DNA of 64,000 nucleotides from NCBI GenBank assembly GCA_013265495.1, contig MU061538.1, positions 1,304,001 through 1,368,000 of the forward strand, given 5' to 3'. Position 1 is the stretch's first letter, and each line of letters starts with the position of its first letter. Below are positions 11,395-23,520 of the stretch, in pieces. The position numbers and the translations under genes were made by a program. The stretch is from Vicugna vicugna (lineage: Eukaryota). The notes under the pieces were generated by a model. The model saw only the letters and a program-made list of their open reading frames with translations. It made no database searches and was not told the origin of the DNA.

Positions 11395-14200
11395 CATTTG
11401 CTAAAGGTTTATAAATTTTATTGCTATTTTCAAAGACCTGGTTTCATTTCATTGATTTTTATCTACCACTTGACTATTTTCATTACACTTATTTCTGCAA
11501 ATCCTAATACCTCTTACCTTCTTACTCTGGGTTTAATTTGTTCTTATTTTTCTAGATTCTTAAAGTGCAATTTTATGTTACTAATTATAGACTTTATTCT
11601 TTTGTAATACAGACTTTTAGTGATGAATTTCCCTCTGAGCACTGCTTTAGCTGCACTTCCCAAAGTTTGGTATGGTATATTTTCATTTTCATCTTGTTTA
11701 AGCTATATTTTTCCTTATGACTTATCTTTTGACTTATTGACTATTTATAAGTATCTTGTATACTTTTTACATGTTTAGGTATTTACCAGAGTGTTTTTTC
11801 TGTTATCAGTTTAAGATCTAATTACATTGTGGTTCGAGAACACGCTCTTCATGATTTCAGTCTTTTAATTATTGAGTCTTGCTTTATGAACCAGCATATG
11901 GTCTGTCCTGGTGAATGTTCTATGTGTGTTTGAAACAAAGGCGTGTTTTGCTGTTGTTGGGTGGGAATGCTTTACAGATGTTGATTGTTTGATAGTGTTG
12001 TTTAAATCTGTACCCTTACTGGTTTTCTGTCTACTTAATCTATGAATTATGGGGAGAAAACCAGTAAAACCTCTAGCTGCAACCTATCTCAGTTCTGTCA
12101 GCTTTTGCTTCATGTGTTTTGGAGCTCTGTGGTTTGGTGCATATAAGCCTAAATCATTATATGTCTCTCTGTAGCATCTCATCATTGTGACATGTACCTT
12201 CTTGAGTAATAGTCTTTAGCTTTAAAACTATTTGATATTAACACAGCCCATGTGTAAAGTTTCCATATTTTTTCACTTTCACCATCTTTGTATCTTTGAG
12301 TTTAAAGTGTGTCTCATGTGGTGAGCATATAGTTTTCACTTTTAGATCCAGTCTGATCATCCCTGCTTTTTTATTGGAGTGATCAACAAATTTATATTTA
12401 ATGTAATTATTGACATGGTTGGATTCATGACTGCCATTTTGTTCTCCTGTTCTTCCTTCTTTTGTGTTAAATATTTAAATAGAGCATTTTAATATTTTTA
12501 TTCATTTCTAACCTATATTTCTTTGCCTGCTTTTCTTTTGTATTATTTGTGGTTGCTTTAGAGGTTACATAGTTATTTTAAATTTATTACAGTCTACTTC
12601 AAATTAACATGGATTTCTTTTAGTAAAGTATAGGTACTTTGCACTGACATAGCATGTAGAATTAAGTATATATACACACATATATATGTACATATAAACC
12701 TACAAACACACACACACTATATATATATTTCTGTATGTTAAAATCTATCAACATAATTTTAAAAAATTTTATTTTTTACTGAAGTGTAGTTGATTTACAA
12801 TGTAAATTTCAGGTGTACAGCAAAGCAACTCATGTTATACGTATAGGAGGGATTTACCAGAATATTTTGTGTGTATGTGTATACACACACACACACATAT
12901 TTTCAGATTCTCTTCCACTATAGCTTGTTACAAGAAGTTGAATATAGTTCCCTGTGCTATACAGTAGGTCCTGGTTGTTAATCTATTTTACGTATAGTAG
13001 TTAAACACATAACTTTTTTTTTTTTTGCTTTAAACACTCTTAAGATTAACAGATGAAAGAGAAGAAAGGTTTTTTTGGGTCTGTTTATGCACTATTTACC
13101 GTTTCTGGTGCGCTTCGTTCTTCCCTGTGAGTCTGAGTTACTATCTGGTGTCATTTTCTTTCCTCCTGGAGGACTTCCTTTATCATTACGTGTAGTGCAG
13201 TTTTGACAACAAATTCTGTCGGTTTTGTACATCTAGAAATATCTTTATTTCACTACCATTTCTGAAAGGTGATTTAACTGAGTATAGAATTCTCAGTTGA
13301 GAGTTTTATCCTTTCTTGCACTTTGAATGTCATTCCAGTATCTTCTGGCCTCCATTGTCTGTGGTGAGGAATCAGCTGTACGTGTGTCTCTGTTCCTGTG
13401 TGTGATGCGTCATTTTTCTTTTGTTGCAGAGCTTCCTTTTGTCTTTGGTTTCCAGCAGTTTGACTACTGAGTGTCTAGGTGTGCTTTTCTTACTGTTTGT
13501 CCTTCTTGAGTTTGGTGAACTTCTTGGATCTCTAGATTAATGTTTTCACCAAATTTGGGGAGTTTTTTTTTTTTTTTTACAATATTTCAAATAAATTTTC
13601 TTCCTTTTCTCTCTCTGCTTCTGGGACTCTAACTGCACATATGTTGGTTCATGTAATGTTGTTCCACAGGCTCTGTGGAGCTATTCATTCTTCTTCAATC
13701 GTTTTGCTATCTGTTCTTTGGACTGAATAATTTCTATTGATCTTCCTTCAAGGTGACTGAATACATTCTTCTACCACCTCATATCTGCTGTTAAGTTCAT
13801 CTAGTGAATTTTTAATTTTTATTATTATAACTTTTAGCTCTAACATTTCTTTTTGGTTCTATTTTGTAGTTTCCATTTTCCCACCGTTCCTTTGCTGTTC
13901 GCTTAATGCTCAGCACATTTTCCGTCAGTTTTTTGAACCTATTTTCCTTTGGTTCTCTGAACATATTTATAGCTTCTTAAAAGGTCTTTGCTAAATTCAA
14001 CTTCTGGTCCACTTGGAGTCACTTTCTGTAATTGTTCTTTTTCTCCCCTGAGTATGGGTTACATGTTTCTATTTTTTGCATATCTTGTAATTTGCATTTG
14101 AAAACCGACATTTTAGATAATGCCTTGAAGTGACTGCGATTCTGCTTTGTTCCACTGAGGGTGAAGGCAAGTAACCTGCCTGTCTCTCTAGCAATGTACA
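11395..14200 (-). mobile_element. Ancient L1M ORF1/ORF2 5' region fragment
   Basis: Long T-rich antisense L1 text (ttccctctgagcactgctttagctgc, ccagcatatggtctgtcctggtgaatgttc, cttctggcctccattg...gaggaatcagctg). Confidence 0.85.
12761..13005 (-). mobile_element. Younger L1 3' tail nested in the older L1
   Basis: tgaagtgtagttgatttacaatg...gaatatagttccctgtgctatacagtaggtcc, flanked by acataatttt (12751-12760) and acataacttt (13007-13016). Confidence 0.85.
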
Positions 14201-14239
14201 GCCAGGGATAGCTCTGCTCAGGGTTTTGGTTTTCTTGGG

Positions 14240-15670
14240 TTTTCTGGCCTGGCTCCCTGGAGGCCTCCGTGTGCCTATTCAGCTCAGCCGTCAGCCGCCG
14301 AGCCGGGCGGAGGTTACGCTCGATGTTCTGCAGGGAGGGTTCCACTCCCTGCCACTTGGGCTGTGTGTGCACGGAGGGAGGCATTCAGAGGCGCAGCAGT
14401 TCACAAATGTTCCACGGTTGTGACTTTTGCAGACCTCCCTTGCGCCCCCCACGTGCACGTGTAGTTTAGCTGTCGCTTGCGTGACCTTCTCTTAGCCGCC
14501 CTCTGGCTTGTCTGCTTCCACAGTGTCCCTCCCTGTCCCCTGCTCTTCTAGCTGCTTTGCCACTGACCTGAGCCAAGTCCACCACTTCTGACTGTGACAC
14601 TGCGGGTCCCCCCACCTGACCTGGGGGGAGGAGGGGCAGGGATGCCCCCCAGCAGGAAGGCAGGTGGGTTTTCCCCAGGTAGACAGCCCTCAGGTCGTCC
14701 CCACCCTGGGTTGTTTTCAGTGCCCCGGTGCCGGAAAGGGGCAGTGGGGCCAGAGGGGAGGACGGAGCAGGAGAGGACAGCTGGGAGTGATGTGTGTGGG
14801 GTTTAGCTCACGGGACAAGTGGAGGACTGGCAAAACCCCAGCTGAACTGTTAGACGTTAGAAAGGTGGCTGCGGCGAGGCAACACCAACATGCAGGGAAG
14901 AGGGGCGGTGAGTGCGCTGTGGAGGCGGGGCTCCGGAGGTGCTGTGGGCGGGGCTCCACTGGTGCTGTGGGTGGGGCATCTGGCGGTGCTGTGGGCGGGG
15001 CTCCGGCGGTGCTGTGGGCCGGGGGCAGCGCTCCGTGGGCGGTCAGAGCCCAGGCGGGAGGAAACCTGCGTGGGGCACAGCCTTGGGTCGTGCTCGGGCT
15101 TTCCGGTGTTACGTCTGAGGCCGCGCAGTGTCTGCTGGGTGGGCCGTGGCAACACAAGAGCTGCTCCGAGGGCCGCCCGGGCGCACGGCTGGCTGCCTGG
15201 CTGAGGGAGCTGGAGCGTCTCGGTGGGTGTGGATGTGCGCGTCGGACTCCCCCTCCCCAAGAAGGCTCACTTTTCCCTTCTGAGAAGGAAGAGGGGAGAC
15301 TTCGTGCTAGTTTTTGTCCAACCCCCAGAAGTAGCTGTGTGGACAGCAGGAGAGCAGGGATGTGAATGGCCCAGTTGGAACCGCTGATCTGGGCCAGGGA
15401 GCAGCCTGACCTTGACCAGGTGGAGCAGTGAACCGTCAGGAGGCTGACGTCAGTGATGCGTGGACTCGCGGGCGGGCGGGCGTGCGAGCCGGTGGGGAGC
15501 GGAGGTGACTGGGGGTTTCCAGCCCTGGGATTCTGCCGCCGGCTCCGTGACCTCGTGAGCCGTGCTGGTCTGAGGGCAGCAGTTTCTCCGTCGCCCCCCG
15601 AGCCTGGGCTCAGCGGGAACGACCTGCCCAGGTGCCTGCGTTATCACGGTTCCGGCGGTCTGGTTGGGAA
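14240..15670. other. CpG/GC-rich patch (CpG-island-like)
   Basis: Visibly high CpG density and multiple GGGCGG boxes. Not formally computed. Confidence 0.45.
14916..15025. repeat. GC-rich minisatellite, about 4.6 copies of a 23-25 bp unit (GCTGTGGGCGGGGCTCCGGCGGT)
   Basis: Units start at 14916, 14941, 14964, 14988 and 15011. Confidence 0.92.
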
Positions 15671-16239
15671 TATTTATCTTAACCAGCTTCTAGATTCTTG
15701 TACTAATAGCTTCTTTGATGTATGTGCAAAGAAAAAGCTGCCTCAGCCTCGGATACTTCTGTTACATTCATGATCAAAGCTTGAGATTTAAGTAAACCCT
15801 TTTGGCAGTGTTCAAGACGCCTTCTTCTTACGCGACTTCCTGCCTCTCGTGAAGGGTGTTATAATAATACTGTGGGGCTGGCACAACCAGGCTTACCTGT
15901 AGGAGGCCACAGAGTCACCTGCTCAAAATTATCTCCCATTCCTACGTGCGCTGGTGCCTGGAACTCCACCCTTAGGGACTGTGTCTGTAGGGTTAAGGTG
16001 TTATATTGCCAGGATTCGTTTGTAAAACCTCAAGTACTTCCTGGAAATGATGATGAGCAGCACTCCTGGCACGGTAGCGGGAACTCCTTCATTTTCACAC
16101 CTCTTCATCCTGGGGGGCATCTTTGATCAGAGGGAGGGTGATTGCTTGTCACAGGAAATGTCAAGGTCTTACAACTGGTCTGCCTGTGTCCCCGGGCCCT
16201 GCCTCCACTCTGCCCCCAGCACACCTGCCGGCTCAATAG

Positions 16240-16640
16240 TCTTCTACTCAAGCTGCAAAAACCAGAAACCCATTCAAGCGAGCTACAGTTAAAATGGGAA
16301 GGGTGTTTATTTAAGGAGCTGGAGAAGCCAAAGACAGGGAATGAAGAACAGCTGGGTCTCACCACAGCTGGAAGTGGGGAGCCAACAGTCGAGGTTAAAC
16401 CACTGCGGCTGCTGTCACGTCTCGGTTGCTTTCCTCTCATTCGGTGGACGGCTGCCCTGCCTGAGTGCAACCAGCCCCGCCCGGTCTGGAGGCTCTCCCA
16501 GCCCCAGTGCCCTTTACTCACTGCTTCACTCTCTCTGTGTCTCTTGGCCCAAATTTCTGAGGATATTCTGAACCCAACTCAGCTCGACATGGTTTGGGAA
16601 GAGTCCTGGCGCCAGGTGATCCTTTCAGTAGCTGTGCCAG
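16240..16640 (-). mobile_element. Old MaLR (MLT1J/K-like) LTR fragment
   Basis: gctgcaaaaaccagaaacccattcaagcgagct...aagggtgtttatt resembles antisense MLT1J/K. Confidence 0.5.
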
Positions 16641-16804
16641 GGAGGGTGGGGTCCTGGGACTAATTGTCCTCCCACCCCCTCCCCCAGACTAGGAGGGGAT
16701 TCCCAGAGATGGGGGATGGGTGGGGCAGGCAGGCTTTTATGCACATTGAGCCTGTTCTGATCATGTCATTCATTTGCACAAAAAATTTCAAAAAAAACCC
16801 CCTC

Positions 16805-17075
16805 CCATTTCTTACAAGATTCTCCATGATCTGACCCACCTTCTAATTCACCCACTGCTTTTCCTTTCACGCACTGTGCTCTGTCCAGGCACCCTGGCCT
16901 CTCTGCTGCTCCTGTTGTGCCTAGCCCTTTCCTGCCCCAGGACCTTTGTACCTGCTCCTTCCCAGGCTCTTCACTCTTCCCTCTGTTAGCTGCGTGTCCT
17001 CCCCCCACTTCCTTAAGGCCTTTGCTCAGAGTCTGTCTTTTTGTCTTGGTGAGTCTTGTCCCGAGCACCCTGACC
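16805..17075 (+). mobile_element. L2 LINE fragment
   Basis: ctccatgatctgacc...cctggcctctctgctgctcc...ccaggacctttgtacctgct...tttgctcaga. Confidence 0.75.
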
Positions 17076-17454
17076 CCCGATACACTGTGATGAGAGGACC
17101 ACGTCACCTCTGGGGCAGTCTTCTCTGAAATGCATAACCCCTGTCCGACTCTGAGAACCAGATCAGACAACCTGCACCGAGGTGTGGACCGCCAGGGTGA
17201 CAGAGACCCAGGAGGCCTGTGGAGACGTGGGTACCGGCTGGGGTCCTGGAGCAGAAGGGGCCACCAGGAACCCCTGCACGAAGTCTGGGGGTCTACAAGT
17301 AGGTGGCACTGGGTTCTTAGTTGTGGCAGCCGCCACGTGGTGCTGTAGGGGAGGCCGGGTGTAGGGCTCTCAGCCTGAAGGAGAGCTCTGTCATTAGACA
17401 GGTGCACATCTCCACGTCCTTGGCGCACCTTCTGCGGCTTCCCACCTGTACAGT

Positions 17455-17690
17455 TTTCTATGGCATTTATATTTCTTCTATAGCATTTATTTTTAATACT
17501 TATTTTTATTTTCATATTTCTGTAAAATTTATATAGCATTTATTTTTAATACTTATTTTTATTTTCATATTTCTGTAAAATTTATATTTTTATATTTTTC
17601 TATAGCATTTGTATTTTTTCTACAGCATTTATTTTTTAATACTTATTTTTAATTTTCATATTTGTATAGCATTTATCTTTTTTTCTATAA
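17455..17690. repeat. AT-rich tandem repeat containing a perfect 53-bp direct duplication
   Basis: 17479-17531 is identical to 17532-17584. There is a degenerate third copy at about 17621-17665 and a shorter (ttttctatagcattta) subunit. Confidence 0.95.
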
Positions 17691-18245
17691 CATCTGAGCT
17701 GGTGTATTTTGCTAATTTCACTACTGTCTGTCTTACCTGTTCGAATGTGAGGCAGGGGTTTGGGTTCCCAGGAGGAGGTCAGTGCCTGGGGTACAGTCGG
17801 TGCTAGCAGGTACAAGGGCAGTGGGCGAGGAAGTCTGCGATCCTCATCTGGCATCGAGGTGCTCCGCTCCCCCCCCCGCCATGTTTCCCGCCGTGTGTGC
17901 CATGCTGGGTGGGGGGCCGTTGCCCCCCGATGCTCGCGCTGCCCACCTGGTCTGGCAGGCTGTGTCCCTTGCGTGCAGAGCACTTCCAACTCTCTCTTCA
18001 GCTTCCAGATCAAATGTCACTTCCTCAGGGAAGCTGTCTCGTAACTGCCCCAAACAGAGAGGGTTTCCATTCTCCATTCTCAGGGGCAGCCCCTAACTCA
18101 GCGGGCCTCCCACTTCCTGACTCCCTCTGCCTGGTGGTGGTCCCAGTGCAGCTGGGCTGTCGCTCACTCCGGAGCCCACGTGGCGTGGACACGTGGCAGC
18201 CTGCTGTCAGCGTCTGTTGTGTGGACTCCGTGTGATCCACGAAGT
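17680..18245 (+). mobile_element. L2 LINE 3' fragments
   Basis: ctgtctgtcttacc...gtgaggcagggg...agtgcctggggtacag and cagatcaaatgtcacttcctcagggaagc. Confidence 0.6.
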
Positions 18246-20359
18246 GTTCATGCTGAAAGCAAACATCAGATTGTGCCAAGTCACCTTTTCTGCAGGTGGG
18301 CCGTGGAGGCTGAGAAGGTCAAGTGAAGACGTCGGTTATGAGGCTCACGCTCTCGGCCACCCTTTCCCGTCTCCTTGTTACCAGGGTCGGGTCAGCGGCT
18401 GAAGGACTGATGCCTTGTGAGCGCAGCCGGGGCCAGCTTTCTCTGGGGTTGGAAGGTACATTTGTAAACATACCTGTAGCAAAAAATTATGGCTCTAGGA
18501 ATGTACAAGGCAGGCGAACAAGGAATAGAGGTGGCACGTGCAGCTGTGGTTGACATTTGAAAAAAGGACGCGGCTTCTGTTAAAACATGGAAGGTTGATA
18601 TTGCCTTGGGTGATAGCGAAAAAAACGAGCGCCTTGGAAGTTGCTGCATGAGCCAAATGTGAAGAAATAAATTGGGCCCTGACCTTCCCACGTCCCCAGA
18701 TCCTGACCAAGCGACAACCACATGGAGAGCCTGTGAGATTCATAAGTTTCCTAAAATCTCAGGGTCGGTGAGGCCCTCGAGGATGGGGCACCCGGTCCAG
18801 CTTCTTGTCTGGATGCGAGCCTGCCTCTGCTCGGGCAGCTCTGTTGATGGGAAATCTGAAGTACGTCCTTCACGTCCCAGAGCAGCCATATTTGTTCCCA
18901 GGCTCTGGTGGGGGTTTTGCTGAATCCCATGCGTGAGCGGAGCGGCTGCCTCAGTCCTGGCAAGTCAGGTGACCTGTGTACTTGGGGAGGAAGCAGCCAG
19001 CAGGTCTCTTCTTCACTCTCACTTAGTGTGAGCTGGCAGGTTCTGCAAGCCCCTGTTTGTGGGCATAAACATTCATTTCCTCCCTGCAGGAAGCCAAGCT
19101 GGCGCCTTCGTGACATACCCCTTGAGATTTTTACCTGGACGACCCACTTGGTTGGATTTTTCTTCAGTCATGTATTTTTCATATTTTAACACTGGCTGAG
19201 AATGTGGGCATCACGTTTGACACTCTTTGCTGGGATGGAAACATGTGGTTGATAAGACGTCCTGTGGTGGAAGGTCTGGAACGGACTAGAAGGGCTGTGC
19301 TATCTTGGATACGCTGGTTTTACTTGTCCTGAAGAAGAGTGTGTTTTGTCCAGCATGCTGTGGTTTGCATATTCATTTCCTGGGCAAAATGACAGGGTTC
19401 TTGGAAAGGCCACTCCTTTGGATATTTGATCACTTCGCTCGGAAAGGCTGGGGATTCGCAGGGTGTGGACTGCAGATGCTCCTCCAGCCAGGAGACCCAG
19501 GTCTGTTTAACTGGACACATTTGATTTGACTTGGGAAGGGTCACGGGTCCTCAAGGACTTTATAGTTGAGTGCCTAGCAGGGAGCAGAGAGCGGGGGCCA
19601 GAAGTAACAGAAACAGGAAGCGTGGCTGGTGGTTTCCATGGGGGATGCACAGGACATTTAGAAAGTTCTGACTCCAACATGGACCTTAGGGACCAGCGTG
19701 AGGCCAAGATCCAGCCAACAGCCATGATGCTCTGCTTACTTCATTAATTGTGAGATTAAAAGTAAGTTATTACCTTGGAGAAGGCACTCTGTACAGGCAG
19801 AGAGACAGGCCTTCTCTCGGCTGGCCTCCCAGTGACAGAAAGCAAGCTCACATCCATTCTCATTATCCGTCTCCAGACATGAAAACCATCAGAATGCACC
19901 TGGAATTTTAGAAGCTTGCAAACCTCTCTTCCGACACGGGGAGGGAATACATCCTTGCCAACTTCTCCCCAGATCATCTTTAGACAAAACCATGCTTTTG
20001 GGGTTAAGGCCACAGAGAGGAGTCGGCCTTATTAACTGCTTGCTCTTTTTGATACATCGGGGTTTCTGTTTGCCGTCAAAGTTACCTTGAGGGTCTAACT
20101 GGGGCGCCGTACCGGCGGCACACAGTGGGGCGCCTGCGATACCGAGTGTCGGTTTCCTTTTCGCAGTCGACTCTTCCGAGTTCCGACAAAGCCGAGGTGG
20201 GTGGGCCACGCCATGGTCACAACTTACAGCAGAGCACGCTTCATCCATGAAGGTGGACACCAGACACTTCCCAGCGGTGCAGCTTTTCTAGAAGAAGCTG
20301 AAAATGACAATGCAGTGCTCTAAGGTAGGGTGGAAATGGCTTTTAAACAACTAAACAAT

Positions 20360-20470
20360 CTTTTGTTGCCATGCAGTTAATTTACAGTGTTAGTTTCAGT
20401 GCACAGCAAAGCGATTCAGTTAGACGTACACGCACATAGGTTTTCTTTTCAGAGTCTTTTCCACTGTACT
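20360..20470 (-). mobile_element. Short L1 3' tail fragment
   Basis: gcagttaatttacagtgttagtttcagtgcacagcaaagcgattcagtta...ttcagagtcttttccac. Confidence 0.75.
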
Positions 20471-20659
20471 GAAGTGTCTTGATTAAAATCACTATGCTCT
20501 TTCGGGATGAAGAGTGTAATTGTGGAAATATTGTTAATGGGAAATTGGTTAGATCTGGAAATTTTGGGTAAACACGCTCTTCTTTGGAAAAGACCTTAGT
20601 GTGCAGTGAGTGGAATGTTGGTGGAAAGGGGAGCCTTTGTATTTATTTAGCAGACTTTT

Positions 20660-21015
20660 GGGATGTGAGATACACACACACACACACACACACACACAAG
20701 GACATGATCACTTCAGTAAGTCTAGCGACCGTCATCCTCTCACAGCCCTGTTTGTCTTTTCTTGCGATGAGAACTCTGAAGATTTACTCCCTGGGAGGGG
20801 GCAGAGTGTAGCTCAGTGTTAAAGTGTGTACTTCCCATGCACGAGGTCCTGGGTTTGAACCCTAGTACTTTCATGAAAAAATTAAACAAACCTAATTACC
20901 TCTCACAACTTCCCCCCCCCAAAAATTATAAAAAGATTTAAAAAAATAAATTAAAAAAAGATTTACTTTCTTAGCAGCTTTCAAGTGTGCAACCCCGTAT
21001 CGTTGACTGTAGTGT
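20660..21015 (-). mobile_element. L1M 3' fragment (contains (CA)n; interrupted by a SINE)
   Basis: gatgagaactctgaagatttactc | cttagcagctttcaagtgtgcaa joins across the SINE into a continuous L1MA-type 3'UTR motif. Confidence 0.72.
20793..20957 (+). mobile_element. Vic-1-like tRNA-derived SINE with TSD
   Basis: gtagctcagtg...catgcacgaggtcctgggtttgaaccctagtac...aaacctaattacc followed by an A-rich tail. TSD aagatttactccct (20779-20792) / aagatttactttct (20958-20971). Confidence 0.92.
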
Positions 21016-23231
21016 CAAAGGACCTGGTGTTTTAGATGCAGTGAAGAGTCAGGCAAACCTGCGTTGTTTGGGACAGTGTTTCCAAAACACGGCAAGCAGT
21101 TGAAAACTACGGGTAAAGCGCTACGAGTAAGGTGCAGACGCCACGTGTGAGCGGGTGTGCGTGTGTGTGCACACGTGTGGGTGCGCGCGCGGGCCCCCCC
21201 GCACTTCCCAGGCAGGAGATCCAGGGAGAGGGTGTCAGCAGACAGCACGGCGAGCGTCCGCCTGCTCCGTCCAGGGCGTCTTTCTGAAGCGAGTTCGGCC
21301 TCCGTCTTCTCTTCGTGTTCCTTTGCTTAATTGCAGGTGATGAGTCAAAAAGCCCTCACCTGTCCTCGCCATGCTTTCATCTTCCGCAGACAAAGCAGGC
21401 TGGGCTCGGGCTTGATCTGTGGTGCGCTCAGGCCCGAGCATTAAAGGGGCTGGGTCGCCCTCAGGCTTTTAAGGGGTTTTTTGGGGGGTTAAATTGATGA
21501 GCATGTATAATAAATTGAAGCTTTGTTGTTTGGCAGGTTTTTTTATTTGTTATTCTTTTATCAGTTCGGAGACTGGGGGAGTGCGTCCCGGTCCCTCCCG
21601 TGTCTCAGATCTGCCTGGAGATTTGTAATTGCCTCGGATGGGCTTTGGTACTACAAACATTTTTGTATGTTTCTGCTTCTCAAATAATAACCCTAAATCC
21701 AGGTATCCGGGTATCTGGATATGCGGTGTTTAAAGTCGTAGCACAGTTTGCGCTGGGCCTGGTGGACTGACGTCCTTGTCTGCATCTTTGTGCAGAGGGC
21801 TCAGACCCTGAAGTCAGGGTCTGTCCCCACCCGTGCCGACCTTCCCGGCACCCTCGGGGCACGTGAGCGACACGCCCGGTGAATCCTCTGCTGCGTGTTG
21901 GGAGCTCCCTTGGTCCAGCCTGGAGGGTTCTTCTGTTCGTTAGCTTCTTTGGGATTTCATTTTGCTCGAAGAATTCAGTGGTGTCTGTGTTATCAGGACT
22001 GCTGGCCTTTGAGAAGCATCACAGATCAGAAAGGCAGAACACACAGAGTCCCTGCGCTGTTAGACCTGTGGACACTCAGTGTCAGGCGCGCTCGTCTGGG
22101 GCTGTGAGCATACGGTGTAGCCATGCTGAGCGTCAGGCTGAACGGCTGCTGAGTTCTGTGTGGAAAGGGGTCACTTGAAGGATGCTGTTAAGTGTCACTG
22201 CTGTGATGTGACAGAGTACAGAATAACGTGTGTGTGAGTTGATGCTCCCTCTCCCCTGCCCCGTGGCTTACTTCTAGTTTCATTCACGACTGCAGTTCAG
22301 TCTAATCGTATCTCTTGGAAGTCGTATGAGAAAGTTATGCTGTTTTACTCCATCAGATTTAATAAGTTTGGATGCTTTCCAAGTACTAGGCATTAATCAC
22401 ACTTAAACCCAGGCTTCAGTAGTTCATCCACCCGGAGTATTCATGTCAGAGACATAAAACAGTCTGCTTTAATGCCCACAGCCCTCTTTCAATTGAGCAC
22501 TTGCCTTGTGTTAATAAAACTTGCTTTGTGTGGAGGGGCTGGGATGAACACGGGGTGGGGTTTTGTGTCCTGTAAAGCATTTCAGGATGAACTCTCCTTT
22601 CCTGGCTTAAGTCTGTGCAGAAATGTGTATTTATATCCCTGCATCCACACACACATGAATAAACTGAGCTCAGAACAAGGAGGCCCGGTCGTGCCTGCAC
22701 AGCGTCAGTGTGGTTTCTGTCAGAGATGGAGAGAGGCGTGGTCTTTACGACCCAACAGCTCCCCTTTGTCTCAGGGCCCCTAGTTGGGGCGCCGGGGGAG
22801 GTGGGCCCCGGGGTTTGCCTGTTTTCCAGGAGGTGGGTGTGATGCTCACTGATGGGACAGCTTTTGCCAGAGCAGGTGGGCCTGCAGGGAAGCAGACAGA
22901 CGGCAGCGGAGATGCCGAAGGACTGTCTCCATCACCACGATGCAATTGGCTCGTTTTGCTGCAGCCCCTGTAGTTTACTGTCTCTCCTCCACCCTCACGA
23001 AGACGGTGCTTCCTAAACCATTTTTCTTTCTTTGTTTTGGTGTGAAAGTCTTCATGTTGTAGCAGAGTTACCTCCATATTTTGTCAGAGTGAGAAACGTC
23101 TTCATCTGTGGATGTTTGGCTGATGAGTCCGCTGTGAGGAGCAACTGGCCGCGGCGGGCGAAGCTCCCTCTGAGAGATCTGAGAGAACGTACAGGCTGCT
23201 GGGGGGGCTTTGCTGATACCGGGGCAGACTC

Positions 23232-23520
23232 CTTTTATTGACGTGTAGGTGCTTCATAGTGTGTCAGGTGTACAGCGAAGCGATCCAGTTACACGTGTAC
23301 ACACACACACACACACACACACCTGTATCCATTTTCTTTTTACATTCTCTTCGGTTATGGATTTTTACAAGATAGTGAATAGAGCTCCCTGTGCTGTACA
23401 GCAGGGCTTTGTCTGTCTTATACACAGTACTTAGTATTTGCGAATCCTGAACTCCCAGTTTATCTCCTCCTTTCCCTTTTCATAACCACAGGTTTGTTTT
23501 CTGTGTCTGTGAGTCTGAGT
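23232..23520 (-). mobile_element. L1 3' tail fragment with (CA)n
   Basis: ttttattgacgtgtag...caggtgtacagcgaagcgatccagtta...gaatagagctccctgtgctgtacagcagg...tctgtgagtctg. Confidence 0.87.

Noticed and set aside
14916..17690. Direct repeats considered as a CRISPR-like array
   Set aside because: Units are adjacent without unique spacers, the context is mammalian, and no cas genes are present.
21697..21720. Quasi-palindrome / 8-bp triple repeat ATCCAGGT-ATCCGGGT-ATCTGGAT
   Set aside because: Too short to distinguish from chance slippage.
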